From Tubiluchus corallicola (lineage: Eukaryota; Animalia; Priapulida): a stretch of DNA of 64,000 nt. Every line of letters starts with the position of its first letter. Position 1 is the stretch's first letter. Both the position numbers and the translations under genes were made by a program. This document shows positions 1-12,797 of this stretch, in pieces. The stretch covers positions 103,835 through 167,834 of the forward strand of contig JAQGDQ010000453.1 of the NCBI GenBank assembly GCA_030141605.1, in the 5' to 3' direction. The notes beneath the pieces were generated by a model that worked only from the letters and a program-made list of their open reading frames with translations, did not search any database and was not told the origin of the DNA.

Positions 1-99
1 CTGTGTAAATACTAAGCTGAGATAATTTATTTTTCACAAATTTTCGACTATCTATTAAATAATTTACAGGCATTATGCCACCAAATGACATGCGGGAAA

Positions 100-591
100 G
101 TAATATTACCACACACAATTTCACGTTTGCGCCACTAGTTCTTCTCTGTTACATGCATTTCACCATTCGCTAATTAGACTGGCACTAGCGCCTACATTTC
201 AGAAAGCGTTGCACAAAAACAGGTGCTGTACCTCTCAGTTTAGATGTGTAAGTTTGGGCGTTACCACAGTGGTAAATTTGAAATTTGAATTTTTATCTTA
301 GAAGTTGCCTAGTTTTAGTACAACACACTGAATATCTTACAGTAGCACTGTAACTCAATTTTCGTTTTTCGCAAACACACGTAACACGCTCGTAGAATAT
401 TTTCATTGTTGAAAATTATGTTAGTTTGTGATGTGATCAATAGTTGGGCTCGCCCGCCGTTAATTAAGTTCTTAATCTATTATTTAATTATCAGAAACGC
501 TTTTGCAGTATTAATTTTGAGTTAAAATGTATACTTTTCGTCGGACTTGAAAATGGGGTGATATATGAAAAATCATCCTGTCTTCCTTTAA
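100..591 (+). mobile_element. Non-autonomous DNA transposon family A (TTAA-ended, Kolobok/T2-MITE-like)
   Basis: About 10 copies in window; ends ...GTCTTCCTTTAA; other end in fuller copies TTAAAGCAAAACC. Confidence 0.75.
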
Positions 592-799
592 TAAAATAAT
601 CAAAAACTACCCCAAAAATAGTTAGTAGTTCCAGTAATTCCTTGTGATTTTTTTCTCTTTTGTCTATTTTTCTTCACCTGATGAGGAATGAAAACTACAG
701 TGGTAGTTTGAAATGTCCCTTCTTTTTTCTTCCTTGTATTTTAATGGTCAGACTTTTTTCATTCATTGTCACTATTTCTGTTAATTAAATTGTGTTTTT

Positions 800-1345
800 T
801 AACTCCTTCAGGACCATGAGAGTTTACTGCATTTTGCATAGGTTCATGAAAAACTGCTCTAACTAAGCAGTGATTATGTTATATTTGATAATTCTTGTAG
901 GTTTCTACTCCTCACACAATGGATTTTCATGAAGAATTATATGAATTTGCTTACCTTAGATAAATTAAAAATCAATTTTTTATAAATAAATTGAAAAAAA
1001 AATTGGTAACTGTAGTGTTTGCTCTGTAACAATGTACAGTATTACTTGTGTGAAATCAGCTAATGCAGAAAAATTCAACTATCCAGATACAACACTCTAA
1101 TACACTCTGGCTTCAAATCTATTCTATTTTTTAAGGAGAAATTCCTGTTAAAAGATGAAATGACCTTCATTTGTCCTGGTTAATCGGTTGGTTTTTCCTG
1201 GAGTAGCAACAGAACACTGCACAGCTTGGGCTATAGCATTCGGGCGATCATTAAATTAGTGTGTACGATCACACAACTGTACGTCAGACATAGCTACTCA
1301 ATAGACTAAGTTGGAGTGCCTGAAAAGGGCGTATTTTTTTAATTT
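800..1345 (+). mobile_element. Interspersed repeat family C
   Basis: Similar copies at about 40110-40600 (same orientation) and 46390-46760 (inverted). Confidence 0.7.
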
Positions 1346-1482
1346 TATCAACTTGTTATAGCTAGAAATCAGTGTTTTGGTTGTGTGTTACAAAAACCCA
1401 TGTTTTTTTGTGCATGTACAGCACTTATTGACAAAAATATATTGATTTTTTATTGACAAAAATATATTGATTTTTTTCGTAG

Positions 1483-1627
1483 TTCTTGCTAAGACATCGA
1501 GTTTGCCTAGTCGGTTACCACCCCCCGTGCCTCCAGCCAGCACAAAACCTCACAAGGAGCATTTACGAGAAAACGCCAGACCTTCTAGCACGCCACCTCC
1601 TGCGCCACATGCAAGAATACCGAAAAC
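1483..1627 (+). CDS. CBL: Cbl-family E3 ubiquitin ligase, penultimate coding exon (proline-rich region); upstream exons not seen in window
   Basis: AG at 1481-82, GTGAG at 1628; reads LAKTSSLPSRLPPPVPPASTKPHKEHLRENARPSSTPPPAPHARIPK and splices in phase to the UBA exon. Confidence 0.7.
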
Positions 1628-1671
1628 GTGAGTATATTACAACATTTACGTTGTTTCACTACATCTATGAT

Positions 1672-2142
1672 CTGGTGAGCAATGTGACGCTAGACTGTGC
1701 CAGTATGATGAGCAATGTGACGCTAGGCTATGCCAGTATGGTGAGCAATGTGACGCTAGGCTGTGCCAGTATGGTGAGCAATGTGGCGCTAGGCTGTGCC
1801 AGTATGGTGAGTAATGTGGCGCTAGGGTGTGCCAGTATGGTGAGCAATGTGGCGCTAGGGTGTGCCAGTATGGTGAGCAATGCAACGCTAGGCTGTGCCA
1901 GTATGGTGAGCATTGTGACGCTAGGCTGTGCCAGTATAGTGAGCAATGTGATGCTAGGCTGTGCCAGTATGGTGAGCAGTGTGACGCTAGGCTGTGCCAG
2001 TATGGTGAGCATTGCAACGCTAGGCTGTGCCAGTATGGTGAGCATTGTGACGCTAGGCTGTGCCAGTATGGTGAGCAACGTGACGCTAGGCTGTGCCTGT
2101 ATGGTGAGCATTGTGACGCTGGGCTGTGCCAGTATGGTGAGC
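1672..2142. repeat. 33-bp minisatellite, about 14 copies, in last Cbl intron
   Basis: Unit GGTGAGCAATGTGACGCTAGGCTGTGCCAGTAT. Confidence 0.95.
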
Positions 2143-2447
2143 ACACAGTTATTTTTACACAAAATAATCTATTTATAATTATTTACTACCCGTAAGAAAA
2201 GCCTATTATCTATCAACAATAGCAATTGCTTATTGTGAGACTTAAATTAAATATTTATGTCATCAGAACCTATTTTAAATTTTGTAATATGCTGTAGTCA
2301 TTTATTTTAATATATTAATTTGTATTTTTTGATATGGCCACTTTTACATCTCACTAGATGTTGTTATGTTTGTTATGCTGCGTTGTTATGTTTTTTCTAT
2401 GCCAGTAAATCTCTTAAGTCTCTTAATTAATGTATTTTTTCTGTTAG

Positions 2448-2703
2448 GGAACCAACTCCATCAGTTGTTTACAGCACCATACAAAACGTCAACACGACCG
2501 GTAACCTGAACGGGACCGACCTGTCCTCCGACAAGGGTAACTACGAAAACATCAACGTTGAGTTCATCGTTCAGCTCACCGCCGAAGGCTATGCTCAAGA
2601 TTTGGTCATACGCGCCCTCGGCGTCGCGAGAAACGACCTGAAGATGGCGCAGGAGATTCTTCAAAACTTTGTGGAGAAGCCTGGAAAGTCGTGCACACAC
2701 TAG
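2448..2703 (+). CDS. CBL: Cbl-family E3 ligase, last coding exon with C-terminal UBA domain
   Basis: TTAG acceptor; EPTPSVVYSTIQ...YENINVEFIVQLTAEGYAQDLVIRALGVARNDLKMAQEILQNFVEKPGKSCTH* matches the Cbl/Cbl-b UBA pattern (I..L..EGY....V.RAL.IA.N....A..IL..F) and has YxxI motifs. Confidence 0.85.
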
Positions 2704-2945
2704 CTATTATGTGGCGATACTGTGTTCGATGTATTAAAATTCCTCTATGCTTAGTAATTGTATTTAAATTTATTTATTAAATAGTTCCCATCGGGTTAAA
2801 TGCTAGCTTGTATATTCCATGTGTGTGTATGTTTGTAATTGTGTGTTAATATGAACGCAAGTAATATTATGTGTACTGTGCCAATGGTGATCCATTTACA
2901 AGTAGGCTATTGGTGAATGAAGTATTACAATGGAGTACTTTTGTC

Positions 2946-3434
2946 TAGTGATGGGCAACTTTGAAATTTTGTAATTCGATTACAATCTTGTTGTCGTAAT
3001 ACGATGTCACGATTAATCTTTCGTGACAATTTTTTAGTGTTTTAGATGCACTTTTTAAAATTGGAACTCTGAAATATAGCCTATAAACTTTTTGGTGGCT
3101 TTCGTCGTTGTCTGCCATTTTCATACTCTCAAACTATTTCAGACACGCACATTCATTAACTGTCACTGCACACGTCATGGCAAAATGAATTTGAAGCCCC
3201 AGTTTACAACACTGTACATAGTTTGCAGTCGTGTGAATTTGTGAAAGGTGAGAAAAATGAAGAAAAAGTGCAAGGAGTCCGTCTATTTGTGCTAAAACAC
3301 AACATTTTAGTCAACGTGTAACGCGTATATTTTGCTCTTGATTAACGGAATTACTGTTCAATCGCCGATTATATCAATCTATACATGGTTACAATCTTGA
3401 TTAATTCGACTTTTCTATTAATCGCCCATCACTA
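2946..3434. mobile_element. hAT-type MITE in probable Cbl 3' UTR
   Basis: TIR TAGTGATGGGC...GCCCATCACTA; exact 8-bp TSD CTTTTGTC. Confidence 0.85.
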
Positions 3435-3645
3435 CTTTTGTCTCTTAATTTATGCAGATGGATAAAACACATTAGCAATAGAGGTAGAGGCTAGACCTGT
3501 TTAATGATAAGGTGGCATTTCAGTCCTGTTATGATCCATCACTACTTTTGCCTCTTAATTTATGCAGACAGATAAAACACTTTAGCAATAGAGGTAGAGG
3601 CTCTATCTGTTTAGTGATAAAGGTGGCATTTCAGTCCTGTTATGA
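3426..3645. repeat. 110-bp tandem duplication including the MITE end
   Basis: CCATCACTACTTTTG...CAGTCCTGTTATGA repeated twice. Confidence 0.85.
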
Positions 3646-4051
3646 AGATGTAACGCTGTCTGTTTGGAAACAAAATGGCGTTGCTATGCTAGTAGCTCAC
3701 AGGGTAGGTACAGATGTGTTCTTCTTAATACAAACAACTGATCATGCATATACAAATTTTATTTTTATAATATGCAGTGATGTAATTGTGTAAGTTAATG
3801 TTTTCACTTGTATTATAGTTCCCTAGTCATGTATTCTTAAGTGTATCTGTTAGACTTGTCAGTGACATGTGCACTCTTGTCATGACATAGTAGTAACATC
3901 CGATCTGTAGCAGCCAATTTTATTTGTAGCATTTGTTTAGTTTTTTTAGTACTTCTTGTGGAATTGTAATGTATGATTGGCACAGGTTTACTGGAAGTTG
4001 TTACCCATTGTAACTGTTTGCTTGGTTGCCGTGGTTACTGCAGGGTGCCAA

Positions 4052-4860
4052 ACAGCGGTGGCTCGTAATTAAAATTAGTGGGGGTGGTGCTTTGGAAAAT
4101 TTTAGCCACTGTTTTAATACTGTGTAAAACGGAACAAACTAATTTTAATGTTATAATTTGGAATTGCAAATTTAAACAAACAGACGTGCGGAAATTTATA
4201 CGTGAATTTGATAAAACCGTGAACAAAAAATTTTCTTACAAATAGCTTGAATTGTCGCAGTTCAAGAATATGCTAGCACACAGTTTTTAAGCACGTGACA
4301 CCTGACAGCAAACTGTGTGAGCAACAGCACTTTCTTTACCTAGCAGCAGACGCTAGCAGTACAGCGTACAGCGCGTTATCTCGGACACGTGCACAACAGC
4401 CAAACACACCACTGTGCTAGGCTGTGAAGCAAACAGTACTACCCTCATGTGTTCTGGTTTCGTACAAGTACGAAGAAAGATCTAAAGGAAAAAGACTTAT
4501 ATTGAATATTATCGATAATATTGGGTGAATGTAGAGGGTGCTGCAGTTCCACAGTACCTATAATATTATCGATAACACTGAGTGAAAGTAGGGTGTGCTG
4601 CAGTTCCACAGTACCTATAATATTATCGATAACACTGAGTTAAACTAGGGGGTGCTGCAGTTCCACAGTACCTATAATATTATCGATAACACTGAGTTAA
4701 ACTAGGGGGTGCTGCAGTTCCACAGTACCTATAATATTATCGATAACACTGAGTGAAACTAGGAGGTGCTGCAGTTCCACAGTACCTATAATATTATCGA
4801 TAACACTGAGTGAAAGTAGAGGGTGCTGTAGTTCCACTGTACCCATACACGAGCCACTAC
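4052..4860. mobile_element. MITE family D with internal 57-bp tandem array (about 4505-4845)
   Basis: GTGGCTCGT...ACGAGCCAC inverted ends; related copy without the array at about 52168-52710. Confidence 0.7.
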
Positions 4861-6184
4861 TGGTGCCAAATGTTTGGAGTTGCAGGAGTTTGTATGTTTG
4901 CAGAATTTCCTTTGATTAATTTCTTTGCGAGTAAGTAGAACATTTATCAGAATAAGACGTCTTAATATATTTTTTCTTGATAATTGATATATATACATTG
5001 TATTTGTATAGTGTTGAGTATGTTACTAGGGTCTTGTAAAGAACCTTTACATATTGTATCCTCACAGAGATCTTAATATATGTAGGTATGTTGTTGTTTC
5101 TAATGCCATTTTCTATGTATAAATGAAATGCTACTTTTCTTGGTGTAGTACTTGCATGCTTTATCAGATAAAGCTGTTTTTGAAACTCTGGCTTGCAACT
5201 ATGGAACTGTTGGTTTACAAGTTGTTACGTGACGTAGAAAGCACATAGGTAATACCGTTATAGGTAAAAAGTGCTTATCTTTATTGAAGGTTGCCAAGTT
5301 TCTTGCTAAGAAACACTTGACTAGAGGTTAGCAAAAAATTTCAGAGATATTAGTTATTAATATTTAAACAGTTCACTTTGTAAAATTAATTATACTACTA
5401 TGAGATATTTCTGTTAACTAAAGTTTATAGCTGGAAGGTAGCTGCAGCTTTCTTTCATTCGCCTTACAACTGGTAGTATATGATCTAGAAAGTTAAGCAT
5501 TGCTTGATTTGGATGGTGATTACAACTTTTAAAAAAGTGAAGTAGGAACTCTGTAGACGTTGCAGGGTTTTTGTGTGAGAGTTTACAAGAAATGATATTA
5601 GTGTTTGTGAGGTATCAATTTTAAATCATCTTCTGTTTTTCACGTACGTTTTTCCATATTTTAGTAATTTCAAACCTCGTGTAAAAATTTACTAGAAGCG
5701 CTGCTTCGGAAAGTTTCTGTATCACTGCTGCTTGTGGACACTGGTGTGCTAAGCTGTATAAATCATAAACTTTTATTCTTGTTTAATTTTCCTTTAATCG
5801 TTTTTACTGTCGCCCTGTGTTTTTAACTCATTACAGGTTTTGACTGGAACAGTGTAGTTACTGGTGTTGTACGTTGATTAGCTATAATTACTCATTCATA
5901 GATTTATCTTTGCTGTATACGTATTTTTTGCATTACTGCATGGCTTTTTGAGATTAGCACACTACAAACACATAATGGCAGGGCTTAAATTTTATTTTGA
6001 GAGTTGTGGCAGGGATGGAATGTAGTTCACTATCAAACCTCAACTCAGTTGTCAAAGTGTCTTAACCATATTGGGATGTCTTACTACCTTAGCCATTGCC
6101 CAGAAGTGATGATTTATGGTATCACACATTCATTTATTAACTAGGTTTAACATTGCTTAACTTCTCTTGCTAAGCAAACACCTT

Positions 6185-7320
6185 GACCACTCAGCTTTGC
6201 TCTTTCATTACTGTCACGATATGGCTTTGCTCTTTCATGACTGCCAAGACAAGGCTTTGCTCTTTCATGAGTGTCAAGACAAGGCTTTGCTCTTTCTTGA
6301 CTGTCAAGACAAGGCTTTGCTCTTTCATGACTGTCAAGACAAGGCTTTGCTCTTTCATGACTGTCAAGACAAGGCTTTGCTCTTTCATGACTGTCAAGAC
6401 AAGGCTTTGCTCTTTCATGACTGTCAAGACAAGGCTTTGCTCTTTCATGACTGTCAAGACAAGGCTTTGCTCTTTCATGACTGTCAAGACAAGGCTTTGC
6501 TATTTCATGACTGTCAAGACAAGGCTTCGCTATTTCATGACTGTCAAGACAAGGCTTTGCTATTTCATGACTGTCAAAACATGGCTTTGCTATTTCATGA
6601 CTGTCAAGACAAGGCTTTGCTATTTCATGACTGTCAAGACAAGGCTTTGCTATTTCATGACTGTCAAAACATGGCTTTGCTATTTCATGACTGTCAAGAC
6701 AAGGCTTTGCTGTTTCATGACTGCCAAGACATGGCTTTGGTGTTCCGCGACTGTCAAGACATGGCTTTGCTCTTTCATGACTGTCAAGACAAGGCTTTGC
6801 TCTTTCATGACTGTCAAGACAAGGCTTTGCTCTTTCATGACTGTCAAGACAAGGCTTTGCTCTTTCATGACTGTCAAGACAAGGCTTTGCTCTTTCATGA
6901 CTGTCAAGACAAGGCTTTGCTCTTTCATGACTGTCAAGACAAGGCTTTGCTCTTTCATGACTGTCAAGACAAGGCTTTGCTCTTTCATGACTGTCAAGAC
7001 AAGGCTTTGCTCTTTCATGACTGTCAAGACAAGGCTTTGCTCTTTCATGACTGTCAAGACAAGGCTTTGCTCTTTCATGACTGTCAAGACAAGGCTTTGC
7101 TATTTCATGACTGTCAAGACAAGGCTTTGCTATTTCATGACTGTCAAAACATGGCTTTGCTATTTCATGACTGTCAAGACAAGGCTTTGCTGTTTCATGA
7201 CTGCCAAAACATGGCTTTGGTGTTCCGCGACTGTCAAGACATGGCTTTGCTATTTCGTGACTGTCAAGACTAGGCTTTACTATTTCGTGACTGTCAAAAC
7301 ATGGCTTTCCTATTCTGTGA
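6185..7320. repeat. 30-bp minisatellite, about 38 copies
   Basis: Unit GACTGTCAAGACAAGGCTTTGCTCTTTCAT; no spacers. Confidence 0.97.
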
Positions 7321-8376
7321 CTACCTTGTACACCACTTGGTTACTTATTCTTAATAACTTTTATCAAAAAGCAGTACCTTATTACAAATGCTTATATTTG
7401 CTGGCTAACTTTATTATTGCACTTTAAACTGTATGCGATAATTTTTGGCAGCTGTTTGCTAAGTTAGGCGTAAGTGAAGTACTTTTTCTTATTTTATGTT
7501 TTAGCATTACTAAATGATGCGATTAACTGAAATTAGACAAATCACTGCAATAAACCCGCATAGAAGTTCAATAGTTACATTAATTTCAGCATAGATACAG
7601 CTGTTGGTAACTTTGTCACTGAAATTGCACAAATTTGGAATTTGCTTCGACATCTAGTGGCAGACAATACAAACGCCATTGTTCATTGTACCTTGAATTT
7701 TTGTATTAATTATTTTAAGTTTGTAACCATTAATTAACATTCAAATTTGTCCATATAAGATCTAGTTTGCTGATTGATTGCTTTTTCTGCCAGTAGATGG
7801 TTGTAGCATATTTACAGACAATGTAGAGTAATGCACTGCAGCCTACATATTACCATACATGGCGCCATCTACCGAGTGCTTCTTGTATTAAAAGAGTAAA
7901 GTAAGTGAATTATAATGATATTTTTAGTCGTCGCAACGATAATCAGGAAAATTTAATGAATCGCTTTTCAAACTTTTCTGATTGACCTTGTTGCCTCACG
8001 AAGCGCCTTGTGCAGCTAAAATATTGTAAAATATTAGCAAGGATTTTATTAGCGTAGATTAATTTATAAATTAAAATGTAACATTATTTTTTCATCATGT
8101 TTAATGTAGAGTAATTGTGGGATTGTAATGCTGCGCATGCCAAATTCCCTATTGTTACGACATGCAAGTTGGTAACTGAGATATTAATTGTAGTATCATG
8201 TAAGCTTTAATCATTATCGTTGTTACACGGTATCTTTCATGTATATATATAATAGTTAAATATGATGTATAAAAAAGTAAAATCGGTTATTGTGTTTTCT
8301 TTTCGTCCGTTAAACAGTATTCAGTATTGATTGTGCTTCTTTAACCCATTTCGAAATTTTGTTGAAAGCAGTAACT

Positions 8377-8700
8377 AGGGTTCCCACGGTCAGGGAAAAT
8401 ACAGGCTGTCCTGGAAAATCAGGGAAAAAGATAATTTGATAAAAAGTCGGGGAAAGTGATGAAAAGGGTGCGAAAGGTCAGGGAAATTGGAAAGGGTTGC
8501 AAAAATAATCACTCTGAACCGGTATTTTTCTAAACATAGTTTTCAGTGATTCGTGTTCAAATAAAATTTTGCTATAGCAGGCTCCTAGTTTCGATTTCTG
8601 TTACAAAAATGATGATTACCCGACACATTATATATCATTATATGTATGAACGTATGTTTATATGTATGTTTTTTTATTACAGGCACTTAAAAACATTTAT
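8377..8700 (+). mobile_element. hAT-like repeat family E fragment
   Basis: TAGGGTTCCCACGGTC start; inverted copy at about 57640-57883. Confidence 0.6.
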
Positions 8701-9219
8701 AGTTAAAACATCACAACTTTATTAAAACTTTTAATTTACATTGTTAAAAACTCGTGTCAAACGATACGACAGCTACTGCTGTCATCATCAGTGGTGAATT
8801 TTTACAAAAATACAATCAGTTTATATAGGCAAAGCCTACAGTGTAGAACATTATGCACTAATTATGTATTTAACAGAAGCCAAATAGGTAATGAGTAAGC
8901 AGACCTGTAGAAAGAGATTGATACAGTAAATTATGCAATAATTAGTTCTACAGGTGTGCTTATTTATTACCTGTTTGCCTTTTTGCAAATACATAATTAG
9001 TGCATAATTTACTGCATCAATTTCTTTTTTCCAATATTAGTTTTAAGTTTTTTAATATTCTGTCAGAATGTGAATTAAAATATGTTCGTTTGGCATAATT
9101 ACTTGTGAATCTGTCAACTAATTTACGAGCTCTAATCCCAACGTTATCTTTTGGAATATTTTGACGACAGTAAACTTTTATTTTATTTCAGTCAACTGCC
9201 ACGATGTTCAAAATTCCCT

Positions 9220-9563
9220 GTTAAACACGTTCAACAGCTCATGCGTGAGCACAGCGGTAAATTTGAAATTTGAACTTTTATCTAAAAACTTGCCGAGTCT
9301 TAGTACAACACATTGAATATCTTACAGTAGCACTGTACTTCAATTTTTGATTTCATAAACACGCTCGTGTACTATTTTTGCTGTTGAAAATTATGTTAGT
9401 TTGTGATGTCATCAATAGTCGGGCTCGTCCGTCGCTATTAAGATCTTAATCTATTATTTAATTAGCAGAAGCGCTTTTGCAGAATTATTTGTGTTAAAAT
9501 CTATACTTTTTACCGTACTTGAAAATGGGGTAGTATATGAAAAACCATCCTGTCTTTCTTTAA
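9220..9563 (+). mobile_element. Family A, partial copy
   Basis: Matches 270-591. Confidence 0.75.
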
Positions 9564-10084
9564 CATCTGAAGAAGCTTTGAGTATCATAGCTGTTCAATT
9601 TTAAAACATACATAGGCTGAACTTATTTCTTCACAAAATAAATTTTTCAGTAGTGCTTTATGATTTTATCAATTTATCTCCGCATCTGCGAGGTAACACT
9701 GCTAAATTTTATATAAGAAAAATTTTCCTACGTAAACATTTCTATTGGATCGGGGGGGGGGGGGGACGCCAAGTACCACCAGATGCCACAAGCTCCAGGA
9801 GCAACAACACCAACTACAGCGACAATCACAGAAAGATGAAGTTCTGGATTTTGGTGTTTCGTTTGATTTCAATCTGTATTAATAAAATTATAGCACTCCA
9901 CTCACCATATAAAATACTACTAAAATAAAAACTACAAACATACATCTGTAGGCAATAGACAACATCAAAAACTGCAGAGGACGTGACATATGCACAGGTA
10001 GTGAAACACTCTCTCTGAAATTCTCAGCACATAAAACAAAATGATATTCATTTGTGTTCAATGAGATGTCTTCGCTCAGTTTCT

Positions 10085-10751
10085 GGCTTAAAGCACAAGA
10101 AAACCCTCCACTTACATGAAACTTAAAATCTCGTCTTGAAATTCTATACCACTTTCATACTGCCTTTTTGCACGCAGAGCTTGCGTCGGCAGTAACATTG
10201 CATAAGACATGTAAATTTAAACTCCCGTAGACGCAGGGATTTGGACGATAAGTCATTTGAAACAGCTTTAGATAACACTGGGTAAAGTTTGAAAACATAA
10301 TCAGTGGAATTCGTAGCACACATGTTACTAATTAAGTAAAATTTAAAATTACTGTATCTTGTCAATAAGATTAAAAATACGTTTTTTGATTAGTGAGTGG
10401 CGCAGTCACTATATTTTACCAATTGGTACGAACATTTAAAATTATCATTTCTAGTTACGTAAGTCTTTCCAGCAGGTAAGCGAAATGCTGAGTAACATAA
10501 ATTTGCATGGAAAGTTTTTTCGAGACATAGTTTAACATTTCGTTTTCTTCCCTTGATTTACGTTGTGCGTATATGACGTCTTGTAATAGTGCAGTCGGAA
10601 TAGTATTGCGGGAGATTTAAAATGAAGACAAATAAAAAAAATCCTTTCAACGCGAGTGCAATATGTACATAAAATTGCTATAAAGTAATATAATTTCTTA
10701 AGACAATTTTTCTGAAACCTACTTCAGGTACCCCTTTCTTGTCCTTTTTAA
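10085..10751 (-). mobile_element. TTAA-ended repeat family B
   Basis: Reverse complement of 11605-12285; further copies at about 18800-19050, 45610-45865 and 62230-62735. Confidence 0.75.
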
Positions 10752-11604
10752 GAATGATAAATAACTGCAAAACGCACGCCTCATCTGTAATTAGGATACG
10801 TAATGGGTGTGAGGAAATGCTTGGTTCCTTTATACAGAATAAAGCAAAGAGAATAGATGAAAATTGATAATGCGATGAGAAGAACATTTAATTTTGAGTA
10901 ATGAACACTGATTATCTAGTACAACCGTTATTCACAGCCCACAAACCTGTATTGATGTTGGTTTCTCAGCTAATGGGGATGGTGTCACGATTCATTTTTG
11001 TTAAAAAACGTCGTTGAATTTTTCAATTTTTGGCAACAAGAAGTCGAAACAATTTAAAAAACACGTAAAGTAAGTCATCTTACAATAATTAAAATATAAA
11101 AAAATACATAGCTATCTACCTATGATAACTTTTATTAAGCGGGGCTGTCCTTTTCTGAAGAAATACAGTTGGGGTGAGTTAATATTGGCCCCTGGCTAAA
11201 TTTCCTGTCCTGGATTTAGTGAAAAATGGAACAGCAGCTACGATTAAGCGAACAAATTAGCTTCAAAAATTGCAAAAATGTTGTTTTAGGAATTGATTTA
11301 CAATCATGAAAAGAACGATTGAAGCGCAGGATTGCCGTAGCTTGAAGTCTGATTTACTTTTACACAGTTTAGCGTTTCGCGAGCCTTTACCTAACATCAA
11401 AAGCGTGACTAAAGTTGCGTTTACGAAATGCTGATGCGGAATAGATAGAATCGGTTTATATTGTTTTCAATGCATCAGTTTATTTGACTTGCGTGATGCG
11501 TTATTTTTTCTGCAACTATTTCCTATTGATTTCTTATACGCAGCTATTCTGCGGGTGGACAACGCATTCCGCCTGCTAGGTAAACGCCACTTAAAACACA
11601 CTTG

Positions 11605-12285
11605 TTAAAGGACAAGAATGGGGTACGTGAAGCAGGTTTCAGACAAATCGCCTACAAAATTATATTACTTTGTAGCAATTTTATGCGTATATCGTACTTG
11701 CGTTAAAAGGAAATTTTGTTTGTTTTCATTTTAAATCTCCCGCAATACTGTTCAGATAGTGCTATTACATGACGTCATATACGCACAACGTAGATCAGGG
11801 GAAGAAAAGGAAATGTTAAATTATGTCCCAAAAAACTTTCCCTGCAAATTTATATTGCTTAGCATTTCGCTTATCTGCTTGAAAGACTTCTGTAACTATA
11901 AATAATAATTTTAAATGTTCGTGCCAATTGGTTAAATGTCACTGACTCACCCACCAGGGTGCACCACTCACTAACCAAAAACGTATTTTTAATCTTATCT
12001 ACAAGATACAGTAATTTAAAATTTTACTTAGATAGTGACCTGTGCGCTACGAATGCTCTGATTATTTTTTTAAACTTCACACAATGTTGTCTAAACTTGT
12101 TTCAAACGACCTGTCGTCAAAATGGCAGCGTCTAAAGGTCAATCGCGGGAGTTTAATTTAGAAGTTTTATACGGCGTTACAGTCGACGCGAGCCCTGCAT
12201 GCAAAATGCAGTATATATGTGGTATAAAATTTCAAGACGAATTTTTTAGGCTCTGTGTAAGTGGAGGGTTTTCTTGTACTTTATC
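11605..12285 (+). mobile_element. TTAA-ended repeat family B
   Basis: Starts TTAAAGGACAAGAATGGGGTAC; inverted relative to 10085-10751. Confidence 0.75.
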
Positions 12286-12319
12286 GTACAACACATTCCG
12301 GATGTCAGGTAAATGCCAC

Positions 12320-12797
12320 TTTACTTATTGTAGCGGGACCGGAATCTCTTATTACACTGAACAATCCAAGAAGTCAGTTGTTCTTAATCATGCAGGCATA
12401 CCCGCACTTTTAGTAGGTACGAGATATTGCATTTCACGAGGTTGACACAAATACCTTGATTACGATGATTCATGTTTTGCTTATTGCAACGGGACCGGAA
12501 TCTCTTATTATACTGGACAATCCAAGAAGTCAGTTGTTCTTAATCATGCAGGCATACCCACACCTTCAGTATGCACGAGATATTGCATTTCACGAGGTTG
12601 ACACAAATACCTAGATTACGATGATTCATTTTTTACTTATTGTAACGGGACCGGAATCTCTTATTATACTGGACAATCCAAGAAGTCAGTTGTTCTCCAT
12701 CATGCAGGCATACCCACACCTTCAGTGGACACGAGATATTGCATTTGACGAGGATGACACAAATACCTAGATTACAATGATTCATTTCTTCACTTAT
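12320..12797. repeat. 156-bp tandem repeat, 3 copies
   Basis: CTTATTG.A.CGGGACCGGAATCTC recurs at about 12324, 12480 and 12636. Confidence 0.9.

Noticed and set aside
1486-2195. Cys-rich repeat ORFs in four frames
   Set aside because: Translations of an intronic 33-bp minisatellite; the real exon (1483-1627) is read in another frame
2461-2700. 79-aa minus-strand ORF
   Set aside because: Antisense shadow of the Cbl UBA exon
6185-7320. CRISPR-like array, or the 368-414 aa repeat proteins
   Set aside because: Units are contiguous with no unique spacers, there are no cas genes and the context is eukaryotic; ORFs arise from a stop-free 30-bp unit
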